A stretch of DNA of 64,000 nt from Amphiscolops sp. MND2022 (lineage: Eukaryota): positions 51,028,001-51,092,000 of the forward strand of contig OZ076409.1 in assembly GCA_964187785.1 (NCBI GenBank). Reading direction: 5' to 3'. Shown in pieces: positions 1 to 14,000 of this stretch. Under the pieces are notes generated by a model. The model ran no database searches. It saw only the letters and a program-made list of their open reading frames with translations, and was not told where the DNA came from. The position numbers were made by a program, and so were the translations under genes. Within the stretch, counting starts at the first letter, position 1. Every line of letters starts with the position of its first letter.

Positions 1-505
1 AGAATCCCAAGAAATCAGATCTACAGAAAACCAAACCTTAGCTGCCGAAATTTGAATCTCGCACATCTTTTTATTTCGTTATTTAATTGATTCGGGAATG
101 CAGGTTATCCCCATTGAGGAAAATCGCTACAAGAGGTGCAGATCCAACAATTTCATTGAATCTTGAGTGTTATCTAAGTGTAACTAACGTGCTCGATGTT
201 GCCATTCCTGGTAGCCTGAAATGACAACGAATGTGTAATTCCTCTCACGATATTTGTGGGAAAAAACGTAACATATGAATTAAAAAACCGTGGAGGCTAT
301 AGGTGTTATACGGTTCATCCGTTAGATTGACCTTTACCGCACTTCGGTCTACGCACATAGACTAAAGTTACGAGTTGTTGGTACACAAACTCAGAAAACA
401 ATCTAAATTACATATATACATTATAGCGATTTTTTATGATACAATACAGTTGCTACAATACAAACCTTACATTTTATACTCTTTTTATACCTTAGTCCTA
501 GAATA

Positions 506-1085
506 CAACAAGCTGGGAACGGAACAAGTCGGCGCCATATCTAAGGCTCAAAAATAGCAAAAGGACTTCAATGTGTCACGTATTCTCTTCTACAGTACCC
601 GCGTGAGAAAAAATTGAAAAAATCCAATTTTTATTGAATTTTTTTCGATTTTTTTTCTCGAATTTTTCTCTCGACTTTTATTTCGAAATTTTTTCGAATT
701 TTTTTTGGTCTCCGGTAAATCGCATAGTGCCGAAAAATGTAAAAGGGGGCCTTTGGGAGTTTTGAACATCCATTTTTTTGCAAAATAGAAAAAAAAATGA
801 AAGGGGGACCCTTTGGAGACATTTAAAAAATTTGCGAAAAAAAGTCTCACAAAGCCGAAAAAATCTGCACAAAAATTTTTGGTCATGTGCGGGACTCGAA
901 CCCACGTCCGTCTGCTTGGCAGACATCAAAAGCTATCCTAATTAACCTCTATGCTAAGTGGCAGTAGAAGTTACAAGTGTGGCAGTTAGTGGACGCAGCT
1001 TATAAAGCTTATGAAATCTGTCACTTTGTTGGTCTTAAAAAAGTCACTGCAATGGTCTGCGATTTCTACGAAAAGCGCCGACTAA
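506..1085. mobile_element. Interspersed repeat (non-autonomous element) with internal tRNA-like Pol III boxes, copy 1
   Basis: Closely similar copy at 2245-2801; AGTCGGCGC / GCGCCGACT inverted motifs near the ends; minus-strand B-box GGTTCGAGTCC at ~892-902 with an A-box-like TAGCATAGAGG upstream. Confidence 0.75.
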
Positions 1086-1869
1086 CAATAACTCCACTCT
1101 AATAGACTTTACTTCAGTTTCACAATAGCTACGGAATGAAACATGAGATTTTCATCAAGCTTTTCATTAGTTGAGACTATAGTCTGGTGGGTTTTCTTTT
1201 GGTGGGTTTTCTCGTTTTTTGGATTTCCTCGTTCTGAAGTTTCTCCATTTTAGGAACTTGTTCTTTCTGATGCTTTGCTACCTTCCATTTTGTTCATTCT
1301 GATTGCGCCATGCTCTATCGTAGCGAAAGTAATAATAGAATATAGCTTGTAACAATGTATTGTAACTCGTATTGTACTCAAATGAATTCTATACGTTAAT
1401 GGATAATACGATATACATGTACAAGCGTATGTAATGAACATAAAGGTTTACGGGTACTTAGCTGTCTGGAGGTTGTGTGACCTCTACGGTCTTACTCAAG
1501 TTTTACATGATGTATTATGATACATCATGTCACAACGCGAAACTTAGTAAAGTCCATAGAGTTCTAATGAGGGTTTTGAATGGTAATAAAAACAAGGTAA
1601 ATCAAAATCTTGTTTATCTCTTTGTCTCTTTGTTGTTTTTAACCAATTACTTTGGTATCCGAATTAGCCATATTTCATGATACTCATTATTTTTCCGACA
1701 TGAAATCTACAAATTTCTAAATATTCTTCAACAATCTAGATATATTTCAAAAATCCTTGAATCATTTTGCAACAAAATCGATAGAAACAAACTGGATTTA
1801 CCACGCAACACACCCAAAGTCAAAACGTGCCAAAAAACCTGAATGACGGAATTATTGACACCAACTTAC

Positions 1870-2057
1870 TTGATGCCATTAAATGAAGACGAAGTGCAGA
1901 CAAAAGCATAATGCAGCAGGGAGGGATCGATCATTTCACCTTCGACTGCTTTCTTCACAAGGGTTTTCAAGTAGACAAAGTGCTTTTCTGTTGACCTGAT
2001 TGCGTAACGTGAACAGAATTCGTCAATCATTAGTCTTTGCTCAGCTGTGAACCAACC
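1870..2057 (-). CDS. CADPS: CAPS-like exon, post-PH region
   Basis: Acceptor ttgcag|GGTTGG, donor AA|gtaagt; MIDPSLLHYAF motif. Confidence 0.85.
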
Positions 2058-5000
2058 CTGCAACAATTCAAGTTTCACACGGTTGTGGGACAGGTTGAAA
2101 TTGAAGCTAAAATGTGTTTATTGATGTTTAATTAGGAATGGTCATAACATTTCTCTGATTGAAATTTTTATAACAGTCAGCATTTCTGAAAGAAGGATTT
2201 GACAAACATTTGTACTGTTCGAACTGATTGCAAAGTTAGGTTGGAACAAGCCGGGAACGGCCCAAGTCGGCGCCATATCTAAGGCTCAAAAATAACAAAA
2301 GGACTTCAAAGTGTCAAGTATTCTCTTCTACAGTACCCGCGTGAGGAAAAATTTAAAAAAATCCGATTTTTTTTGAATTTTTTTTTCGAAATTTTTTGGT
2401 CTCCGGTAATCGCATAGTGCCAAAAAATTGTAAAAGGGGCCCTTTGGGAGGTTTTGAACATCCATTCTTATGCAAAATAGAAAAAAAATGAAGGGTGGAC
2501 CCTTTGGAGACATTAAAAAAATTTGCGAAAAAAGTCTCACAAAGCCGAAAAAAACCTGCACAAAAAAATTTGATCAAGGACGGGACTCGAACCCACGTCC
2601 TTCTGCTTGGCAGACCTCAAAAAGCTTAATTAACCTCTATGCCAAGTGCCAGCAGTGATAGCTAGCGTTGCGGTTACTGTTAGTGCAGTTACTGTAAGTC
2701 AGCTCAGCTATTTATAACTCTTTATAAAATCTGTCAGTTCGTTGGTCTTAAAAAAAAGTCACTACTATAGTCTGCGTTTTTCTTCGAAAAGCGCCGACTA
2801 AAAATAGATTTTGAGAAGTTGGTAGTTTTTGGCTACCCTTTTTTTATTCATTTACAATCATGACAAAAACAGTATCTTCTTGAAAGAAAGCTGTTACTGC
2901 AGCACTTTTACTAAAGTGCGGATAAATGATTTCATAATCTGTTCAACGTCTCATCTTGAGCCCATTTGTTATGATCGCTCTAATTCGTCCAGTTCTTTAT
3001 TTTCGTCACAAAGAACAAAATGTTGCATCCAAAATCAAAAGGTATGTTATACAAAGAGGCCCACTTTGAGGCCCAAGAGTAGCCAACGCACTATGAATGT
3101 TTGAAGCGAAAAGTTTGAAATTTTTGAAAGTTTTCACACTTTTCGATTCATCTGTTTCCTATTTGAAAGAAAACACGCTAAGTACCTAATTGTTTTGTTG
3201 TTGAACTGTGTGGATACCACCAACCACGTAAATATTCAAAAAAAAGGCAATACAAATTCCAAAATCAGTCTGAAGTTGTGAATAAAGAAGAGAAAAACTA
3301 AATTCCCGAAACAAATGGAATCCCCACTTTTGACTTTAGAAATATTATCGTGAACTCATGATGGACTTGAAGCACTGAATTTCGCTCTAGGTCACAATGG
3401 TCTAACTGAAAGATGTTGTCTTTCCACACTTGTTTTCTCCGCCAATTGCTTTTTCTTCCAACAACATACTACTGAGCTTTAGAATCTGAGCTTCCTCGAA
3501 ATCCAATTTTGCTGGTTCGAACCTGAATCCGCGCTAACACGGGTCTATTGAATTAATCACTACGCCAACAAAACAGGGAAATTAGAAACCTTTAACCACG
3601 CCTTTAACGTTTTTCTGCGGACAAATCTCTCAGATGAAAAGTAAAAAACGTGAGTGATGACTTTGTTTTTCTCCTTTTTAAAAATCTTCATCCCTCCGGT
3701 AACAACATTTGTATGAAAATTGAAAAACAATCGTTCAAAACACGAGTTTTTGACATCGGTTCAATACGGTTTTTCAAATCAAAAAAGTCAGGTTTCTCTT
3801 GTCATTTTTTAGCCACTGAAGTTTTTCTTATCAGAGCTTAGATAATTGAAAATTGGAAATGCGCATAAAACGCTAGCACAATGCACATGCTGCCAAGCTT
3901 TCACTTCATTGAATCGTTTTGGGCTGTTCGTGGCAACGAAAAGCCACAAAAACAGTGAACGTTTAAGCAACTTACTGCAAAAGTGTTTAAGTCTTGGAGC
4001 TCTTAAAACTTTCATATCCAACAACGCGTACTGATAGCTGAATTTTTCAATGCTGACTTTGTTAGATTTTTAACTTTGAAAACGGTTCAAAAGTTGCACA
4101 AAATTGGTATTGAAAATGTCAAAACTAGGTTAATCCAGTATTTTGAGCTCTGTTTTTGTCATACTTGATGGATTTTATCCCTTTTTCCATCTAAATGGCA
4201 TACAGAGTTTAAAATACTGTAGTATTTTAAACTGTATTGTTTTAAACATTTGAATGAATATTGAAAAACAACACGCCCGCTGACCAGCAGGGTATTTTCC
4301 GTCCCAACTGTTCCAGCAATGACATATTTTTGAGTCTCCAGAGTAGCCATTGCACTATGAAAACGCATAGAGGTTTGATGAAAAAAGGTTTGACACTTTT
4401 TGAATAACATGTCATTTCAGAAGGGAATACTTCAAGAAGACACCGCACATCTATTTGGTTTTTCGTCAGATTGTGTGTATTCCAAAACCTAACCAATTGA
4501 TTTTTATTTAAATTTGCGCGAAGTCGCCAAAAACGTCAAAATTTCTACAATTTTGCTTTTTCGACAACTTTGCAGTCATTTGAGGAACTTTTATAAGAAA
4601 CTGTAGATGTCTTTTTAAAAACGCCTATTGGATAACGTTTCCAGTCGTTCTTGAATAACAAAATTGCTCGAACCGTTTACAAAAAAGACCAACATTTGAA
4701 AAAACAAAAAATTGATTTTCACTAAATTTCAAGTCGTTCTGATGAACTTTTTGCATACACAATTGTAGATTTCTTTTTTATAAATTCTGCATGCCTGCTC
4801 CAAAAGGTTATACTTCTGGATTATTAAGAAGTTTTGGTACATTTCAATAGAAATTCACTAATTTGTCGAACAACTGCCAAAACTTGTTTTTTTCGACTAT
4901 TTTGGGGTCATTTCGAGGCTCTTGTCTAACGTGAAATTGCAATTCACCTTCAAAAAACCTACTGAATACCGCATTCGTTCGCTTTTGAGGATTTTCTGTC

Positions 5001-8000
5001 TTCCAACGATGGAAACGTCTCAAAAAATTCAGAAATTTGCATAAGAAACGTTGAATTTAGACGTTTTATTTCCGACACATCATGGTCACCTTTGAAGTAC
5101 TTTTGAAGCAACCAACTGCATTTTGCACCAGCTTTTTACAGTCTTGCATAACCTGTAATTTTCATGATTTCTTCTGCGCAGAATTAAAAGTGGAACAGGA
5201 TAGTGGGCGCGGTTGGTACAACAAAATCAGTACTAGCCCAGGCGTCCGACATTGGGCAGTTCAGAAGTTATATTTGAATACAAGGTCACGAGGCAAAGGA
5301 CTAAGTGGAGTTGGTTAATTGTTCTTCCAAATAAAGAAAGCTGCAACATAAACTTCAGCAGTTTCGCCCGGAATTTTCTAAGTTTTGTGAAACAAGTTCA
5401 ATGATCAGGTTAAACTTTGCGGCATGTCCGATGAGAAACTTAGAACAGGATATTTCTGTAAGAAAAAATATACCTACCAGAGATCTGTAGTCATCGGCTA
5501 GCTTGAAATTGAGGAAAATTTTGATCAGTATTGTGTATAGCTCGTGTGTATCCACTTCTGGGTTTAGATAGCTAAGTCGTGAGTATTCTTCCAGTTCTGC
5601 GATGTTCAAGTCATCTTCTGTAAAAAATCACAAAAGTTTTCAGACAGTAAGACGGAGACAAATGAATGTCTCGTGATCTAGAAATGAAATTGTGATCTAG
5701 AAACCTGAATATAGTTTTTCAAGAATTCTACCTCGAGTCTACTGGAGTTGAGGTGAGCTGAGCCGACACATGAGCTAGACAATTTAGTGAATAACAAATG
5801 TCTCATGTCAGTTACTGTGCAGTTTTTAAAGCTTCGTCAAAGACAATATTCTATCAAAAACTGCTTGAAAAAACAATTTTTGTACTAAAGTTTGATCGTC
5901 ATCGATATAACCCAGTAAACAAATACTATATGATCCAACGGTTACACGATGTTTTCTACTTGACAATTGGCTCAATTTGGAACTTTTTCCTACACAGAGG
6001 TCTTTCACACATCCAATCTCGCCTTATAGACGTTCTTGTATCCATTAAAATTTATTCTTTTGTCAAAAAAAATCACTCTTCAAAAAAGGATTCCCACAAA
6101 AACGAGTCTCTCGTTAATCGAATTTAACTGTTCTAAAAATTGATGTTAGGTTTGATAGTATTAAACGCCCCATCTAGTTATGATAATGGCTTTCGAAAAC
6201 GATGAATACTTTACGTTTTTGTTTCCATCGAAAAAAGACCATTTATACAAAGTTTTGACACCCTTTAGTGGGCCGCTGATTTTCCTATTTGTTTAGTTAA
6301 GCCATCATCTAGTAATTACCATCCAACTGGCTTGAGTCCAGATTCACAGGTGGCTCTGGCTTGAAAGTCTGGCGAGTCGCCACGGCCAGCTTCTCCAACC
6401 AGACATCCCTGGCGTCGCTGGACCCAGTTGCCATCTCTATGCGGAACTTGCCCCCTCTGGACCCGTAGAAGTAAAACATCCCACTCGAGTCTACACCTTC
6501 CGGTAAATCCGCAACTGCAACCCAAAAAGTTGTCATGTGCACAAACGGTCAAGAAAATTACTACTTTAAATTAAGATCAATCACAAGATTTGCACTTTTT
6601 CCAATTTGCGCTGAATAAATTCAGCAAGAGTTCAACAAACCGGAAAAGCTATTGTCATGAAATAATATCGAAAAACTAACAACAAACTTTGCGTCTGCAG
6701 TTTGAGGGAAACCATAATAACGGCAAATTTTAGAGGTCAACGTTTCTAGGAATTTGAGTTATTTCTGTCTTAAGATATTATTTCATGACAATAGCTTTTC
6801 CGGTTTGTTGAACTCTTGTTGAATTTATTCAGCGCAAATTGGAAAAAGTGCAAATCTTGTGATTGATCTTAATTTAAAGTAGTAATTTTCTTTAAATAAT
6901 TTATATTAATATATCTTTGTCTCTCAAAAAAATTGTTTGAATATACTAATTAGTATATTCAAACAATTTTTTGAGAGACAAAGATATATTAATATAAAAG
7001 GCCAGTTCTAATTTGCTACTGAAAACAAATCAACGATTTGATTACTCTTTGGGTATTGAACAACATCGCTCGTGGCTGTTTCCTGGAAGTCGAGATAATC
7101 GACAACAAATCTGTCCAGGGGTATAATGTCGGCTGGCTCCCCCGCCATTGGCTTGTAAAAACTCAGCACGAAGTTAGATCTGGAAGTTTCCATAAGGATT
7201 GCGTAGCGTTTTTTCCATTTCTCATTAGTCAGTTCCTTGGACATGAAGTAGAGCTCCCTGTAAACCATTTGAAAGTTGTCAAGATAAAAAAACCATTTCA
7301 AACCATATTTTTGATACACTGTGCTGAAAATATCATTTTTCAAGTGTAGAGTTGTCACAAGAAAGGTCATCCTAAACAACCAAAAAAACCAGATCTATAT
7401 GTAGTTCGTTCTAGAATACTCTAGTTTATCGCGAGAAATTTTGTTTATTCTTGTTTCTTGTGAGTTCGTAGATTTTTCTTTGGGAATCTTCGTAATGATT
7501 TTTATCAAAATTTTGAAGAGAATGTAGAGCCGTTGTCCAAAATTCGAAATTTCAGGTACGAATTTATTTCTTATTAATTAATATAAAAAAGGCCTTCGGT
7601 TATTTCAAGAACTTTTACTTATTGAGATGTTGTTTCTAGTCGGCCCGCTAAGTGTTTGCTATTCTTACCCAGTGCACTTCACATTGTCAGGAATGGCCAT
7701 GGATATAGAAACGGAAGCGGTGAAAGGTGGAAGTGACTTCTTTTTGGGGTTAAACGTGATGTCCCTTTTGGTGCCCATCTGGTAAACAATTTGTTTATCT
7801 TTGACTTCGTTCACGTGGGCTTCAATTTTGTCCGGGTAAAGTTGGAAAGTGGTTTTGCCGACTGTATGGATCATAGCAAACGATTTGCCAATGGGTCCTT
7901 CCTTGCGGTAGCTGCACAAAGCCAGTTCTATCTGGGGCAGAGGTCCCCCGAATTGAAAGGTGGCTTCTTCATTCACCCCCTCCAGAATTGATCTATAAAA

Positions 8001-11000
8001 AAATATTTCATACTTGGTGATTTTGAATTTTTTAAAAATGCATTTTTGTTTCGTTTTCTCAACAAGTGAATGTAACCTTCTAGACTTTCTCCTGCAACTC
8101 AATACGGAACATTTTATTTTATCTCATGGATTATTTTACAAGTACTCACGGATCGTCTGTTTTCTCCATCTTGAACCTTTTTTTCTGACCCTTCTTTCCT
8201 ATTCGGTTCATAGTCACTATCATTATGCATGTAGATTTTCTGAAGTGCAATCCCAGGTTTCGAACATTGTCAATTGTCACCTAAACAGGAATTAGTCAAA
8301 GAAGATATCAAAATTCAAAACTTTGAATTATCAAATCAATTTTTACGTTTCTTTTGAGGCATCCATCGAAAACATTCATCCACTCCAAGAGGAAACTCAC
8401 CGTGATAACAATTTCAGGAAGAGACGAGCCAATGGAAGTGTCGGCATCATTGCTGGTTCCACCCAGCAAAAAAGTTCTGAAACAAAATTCGAATTAAAGT
8501 TGATCGTTTTCAAAAGTGTTTTTAGTCGGCGTTTTTTTGTATAAGTGCCTGACTGTTACAGTGAGAAGTTTGTTTTCGTCAGATTGAGTGGTCCACTTTT
8601 TACAAACTGTTCGCCTAAATTCTATACGTCTAAACCCAAAAAGACCCAGCTATATTATGATTCTTTGGCGATATCACAAAACAACGTATTGAAACTCAAT
8701 ACGGGATAGGTTGGTTGGTAGATTAAATGTCTGCTGCATAATAGGTACGCTGATCAAGCCACAGTTGGCGTCGGTTTTCGTTTGTTTTCATTCACTTTTG
8801 TTGAAACTCTTGGCAAGATCTTGTAAAATAGTACATGATCTTGGCGCTCTTGATAAAGATTTGCCACGATTCTTACCATGGGTTTCTAGAAAATTCAAAA
8901 AGCTTGTCAAGAATTTGCACACATTGGGAAGGGCACCTTTCCAAATTTTGGCACTCTGAAACCTTTATTCTCATTCTAAGAAATTCATAGAAACCATCCT
9001 GAGCAGTTTGATGAAATTGGAATTTTTGAGCCTTAAGCGGATGGCCGACGTGAGCCGTTGTCGTTTTGTTCTGTCTTCAATTTATCAATAAACACAAATG
9101 CATGCACACTTGTGTGAGAATCCGCACTTGGTCGGTCTGCCAGCACAATCCGCATAAGGTCGAACATTTACACTCACATTTGACCGGTCGAACGAAACAG
9201 TCGAACTTTCACATAAAAGCGGTCGAACATGCACATTCTATCTTAGACTGTCTGAGACTACAAAAGATAGAAAAAGCCACATGCCTTGGTAGGACATCAA
9301 CACAAACTTGAATGTGTTTTGCAAAAGCTGATTTCATGCTTTTTTGCTCCTTTCCTAATCAGTCTATGACGAATTATAGTTTTTTGTTCTACCTGTTGCT
9401 GTAAAAATTAGGCAATTTGCACGCATTCTTTTAATAAACCTTTCCCCCCATTGCTAATTAAAAAATCTTGATTTTCAACATAGATATAAAAATTTCAGAA
9501 TTGTACTCTAAAAGTAACAAAATTTGAAAATTTTTGGGCAAAATCTAGTTCGTCTTGCGTTCTTTACACTGAATAACCGTTCGAAAGAAACTAAAAGCCA
9601 AGTCAAAGCCAATAAGATGAGTGAGTCAAGTGAGGATGAGTGAGTCAATTTATTCGCAAAAAAATATTGCATTCGTTAATTTTCAATTCTTTAAGCGAAT
9701 AAAAGTGTCCGCTAACGCTTTATATTGTCGCTAACTATCGATATCGCTAGTTTATGCAGAATTTTCGCTACCGCTATCGCTGCCACACCTCTGATAACAC
9801 ATTAGGAACAAAATAAAACTATTTCTAACTTAAACAAAATAAGGAAATATTTGGACGCAAAAGTGAATTCAGAAAACACAAAACTGAATAAGCAGAAGCA
9901 ATAACTTTATCAACAAAGTCCGATAAACATTTCAAATTTATTGAACAAGCTGTCAGAAAATTCAAAATTCAAAACAGTTAAGTCAATTCAGCGTTCACAA
10001 AATATAAAAATTGTCGATATAAATACCATTTCCTAAAAATAAAAAAGTTTTGAACTGAAAGTCTTTGAAATTTCCAACAGTTTTCATTTTCTGGCATCGC
10101 TGACCTGCATATTCCTCACTTTGTCCTTGATATCTTGCCACTTTTGTGCATGAGGATACCTCTTCATTGCTTCCAAACAGACATCTTGACCGGGCAGACG
10201 CCCTTCCATCATTTCTTTTCGAAATTCCTTTCTCAACGCCTTTTCTTGATCTTTCGGCCATTGTCGTCTGGTGGCACCTTTTGGCCTTCCAGCAGTTGTT
10301 CTCTTCTTTTTCTTGGGCCTTCTTTGTTCGGGTTCTTCCTCAGAACCATGGGAAACTTCATCTGCTTGGAATGAAGCGTCATCGTCTGACTTTTCTTCCT
10401 TGTCGTTGTCGTCGTCATCGTCATCGTCATCTTCATCAGACTCATCCTTCTTCCCTTTCTCTTTGGTTCGTTGTGATGTGCTGCGGCTTGAAGTCGCCTT
10501 CGAGGAACTCGGAAGATTTGAATCAGCAGGAGTTTCTACTTCTTCACCTGCATCCTGGAAAGTTCAAAATTTGGGGAAATTATGACACGAAGACGTGATT
10601 TTGCTTTGCAGCTTTTCGAAGAGCAAACTTCTCAAACACCGTATGCTACTATTTCAACAAAGAACTCAAGAAACTAAATTCCGACACTTGTTCAATTGTT
10701 AATCCAATTCGAAGAGAAATCAGTATTCTCAAACACCGGGCGTTGCTATTTCAACAACAAATTCAAGAAACTAAACTCCGACACTTTTTTAACTGTTAGT
10801 TCAATTCGAAGTGAAATTAGTATTCTCAAACACCGGGCGTTGCTAATTCAACAAAGAATTAAAAAAACTGAACTCCGACACTTTTTTAATTGTTAATTCA
10901 ATTCGAAGTGAAAAGTATTCTCAAACACCGGGCGTTGCTATTTCAACTGAAGCTTTTAAAATTATTGAAAAAAAATTAAAATTGGAATTCAAACTTATCA

Positions 11001-14000
11001 ACCTATTCGCAATAGTATTTGAAGTCAAATTAGTAGAAATTCTCACCGAATCGTCAAGATTCAAAGTCGGCTGGAGTGTGTCAAGGTTCTCTAGATAGGC
11101 GTCTTTGACCTTGCCTTTGTCCGCAATGTATAATAGTTTGGTCATTTTTGCCAGGTTTACAGCATCAGTGTGCATCCTGTAGTACTTGTCGTGAACATTC
11201 AGGTCGTGTCCCAGGAAGTCGGCCACCCAAACTCTTTGGTTTTGTGGTAAATCCAAGAACTGGGCTGCAGTGGCAAGATACTTGCGGAGCTTTGTAGATC
11301 GGAACACTTTTTTGTCTTGCAGCTTAAACTCTTCAGCGTATTTCCTCAAAACATCGATGCTTCTGTAGAATTGTTCGCCTCCCTCTGTTTGGAAGAAGTA
11401 GTTGTCACTTTTCAGCTTATCGTCATTAATCATGATGTCTATCACTTCTAGTGTTTTAGGTGGAATCAAAACGGGAACAAATTTTCCACCTTTCCCAGGC
11501 AGTCGCAGCAACGTGTAATACTTTGCGAACATCATTTCAACTTCTGTGAGCTTAAAAAGTTCGTAATCCGTTGTTTGTGCTCTCTGTAAAGCCAGACTTC
11601 TTTGGAGAATCATGTCTTTTCGTGTTACACCCGAAACTTCGCGATCTCGCTTCTTATTAAAACTGACAAGATCAGCAATCACGATTTGTTTCATTTCGGC
11701 GTAGTTGTGAGTCGTTTTGGCCAGCAAACCCGAAATTTTTGCCCCAATCTTTTCTCTGAAGCGCATCATATCCGAAGTTGGAATGACAAGGTGTGTCGAC
11801 TCGTTCTGTTTCTTCAGCATCCTGTTAAAACAATCAAAACATACAAGGCCAATATGAAAAAAAAACTCATTTTGGAAATACGGAATTAAAGCTGAAAACA
11901 TTGAAAAAAGGTTGATGCTATCCGGATATGCACCCACGTGGGATTGTCATAATTCACGACAGCTTCCCTCCTGCACTGTTGCCGCAATGGAAGACTCAAC
12001 ATTGTCAATTTGACGCTTAAGGGCGCGACATCCGCTCAGGCATAGTACCGAGAACGGAATTAAATGAAAGATACTACAAAAATTAAAAAGTTGTCAAACG
12101 ACGTACATCTGCATTTTTCTGAAGTGCAAAATCATTTTAGTTTGTTTTTGTTGAATTTGAAAGTCAGTATGAGACGTTTTTCGTGGTGACATGAAGTGTT
12201 AAAAAATAAAAAACTAACTCACATTTTGCTGGTGCCGAAATGGCTGCCCACTCACTATCTAGAATTTTCAAGAACTCTCTTGCTGTTTCCGATATTGACT
12301 TCTTTTTCCACATCCAAGCCTGGTTGCGTAAGAACTGAGCAGCTGTTTTCAGAATTGATCCCATTTCAATCCTGTAGGACTTTTCGAATGTCATAACAGC
12401 TTCTTTCACTCTTGGCCACATTTCAGGATTAATGACTTCAATCAAGTATGAGCAATGGAGTTTGTGTACAAGCTTGGCCATTGTTCTCATTCTGTCGTTG
12501 ATTTGAAGGTAACCCTCGTCAGCTTTTCTCTTATCGAAGTACCACTGGCCAAGGTATCGTATCAGAGGATCACGCCTTGCAATATTCCCATATTCATCAT
12601 GTCTCATTCGTGTGAAAACATATTGTTCAAATGGGGTGTCTTTGGTAGCTTTCACTTCGAGCATCAATGCAAATGTAGCAGCCTTGATATTTTTTTCCTG
12701 TATTGCTCAAAGCTATCTTTCCACTTGCTGGACAATCTGTTTTATGTCGATACATTGTTTTTTTCTGGAAGAAACCGAGACAACTTGGACAAGGGGCAAA
12801 GTCATAAGCAGATGGATGTTCAGCTACAGTTGGATCCCTGGCAACAATCAATTTGCTCTCGAAGTTTTGGGTCTCGCTGCACTTCTTGAAAACAGCGATG
12901 TTGTATTTATAGAGACCTTCATAGACAATCAAGTGAGTGAGATTGTCCTTCTCTCTCCTCAGTTTTTTAAGTTCGGTCTCAGTTTGAACAGTTTCCCTGC
13001 CTTCTTCAAGATCCTCAATTTCCTTGTTAATCCTTTGAAGGTTTAAAACTCGGAGTTCTTTGCGATGAAATTTATCCACATGACGTGTCAGTTTTTGCAC
13101 CATAGTGGCATTTTCTGGTTCAGTGAAGGCACAGTAAGGACAACATTTTGTTTTTCTGTGTTTATTCAGGGCGACTTGAATTTTGATCTTCCGAAGAAAT
13201 TTAGCATTGAATTGGCATTGTCCTGTTTGTTGGACGTACTTCTCCATTACAAGTTCCATTTCCTGATCGTCCATTTCTTGGGTATCCGTTGAAGTTGTAG
13301 CTGACTTGTAAGAACTTTCACTAATCTGACTGATACCTTCTGCATCCAAAACAACTTCTTTGGTTATTCCAACCAGAGGACCGCATTTCTTCGTTTTTGA
13401 TCTTGTTCGTTCCAATGGCTCATCTTCCGATGGGTATTCGCTGCTCACATCCTCATCGTCCGTGTCATCATCACTTCCGGGAGTGAATCGATCGCTCGAC
13501 GAGGTGGACGAATCTTTACTAGAATCTTCAGTTAATCCACTGGAACATGGGGGCTGCGATTCTTCGTCGCTTGAGCATTGTTCGGAGACGGAATCTTCGC
13601 TTTCTTCAGCTTCCGGTTTCGGCTGTAGGTATTGACGGCCCTTGGCGAGCAGTTTTACAGCTCTGGTTGTTCCCTTCCTGGGTGTCAACTGCAAAACAAC
13701 ACACTAAGTTGAACATCACTATCAACCAATTGAAATGTTTTCGGTAAAACTTCAACAGAAAAACAGCAATTTTCATTAGCAAAACCTTAGAAACTCCGCC
13801 TTCAATTACTTTTTGCTTTATTCCAAAACATCTTTTTTCTACAATTGTTTTTTGACCAGTAGATGTCTCACGAAAGAAACCAAGGGGCTCCGGCATTGTG
13901 AATTTTGGAGAGCTAGGTCGAACATGCGACGTATGTTCGACCAAATGTGATGAACTTTTATGCGAGACGAAAAACGACTACTGAAAAACTTTTGTGGTTT

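Noticed and set aside
590..929. Short F/K-rich ORFs (also 2328-2658, 43352-43672, 62186-63214)
   Set aside because: Chance frames in low-complexity repeats and MITEs.
880..965. tRNA gene
   Set aside because: Only A/B-box-like motifs inside a repeat; I could not build a convincing cloverleaf.
9105..9114. Target-site duplication for the giant element
   Set aside because: The left flank ...CACTTGTG and right flank AAGACATG... share no direct repeat. This is compatible with YR integration, but the exact crossover cannot be fixed.
10921..11937. Bacterial or phage integrase contamination
   Set aside because: The gene has spliceosomal introns, is fused to SET and Myb-like domains and sits in an animal gene intron.
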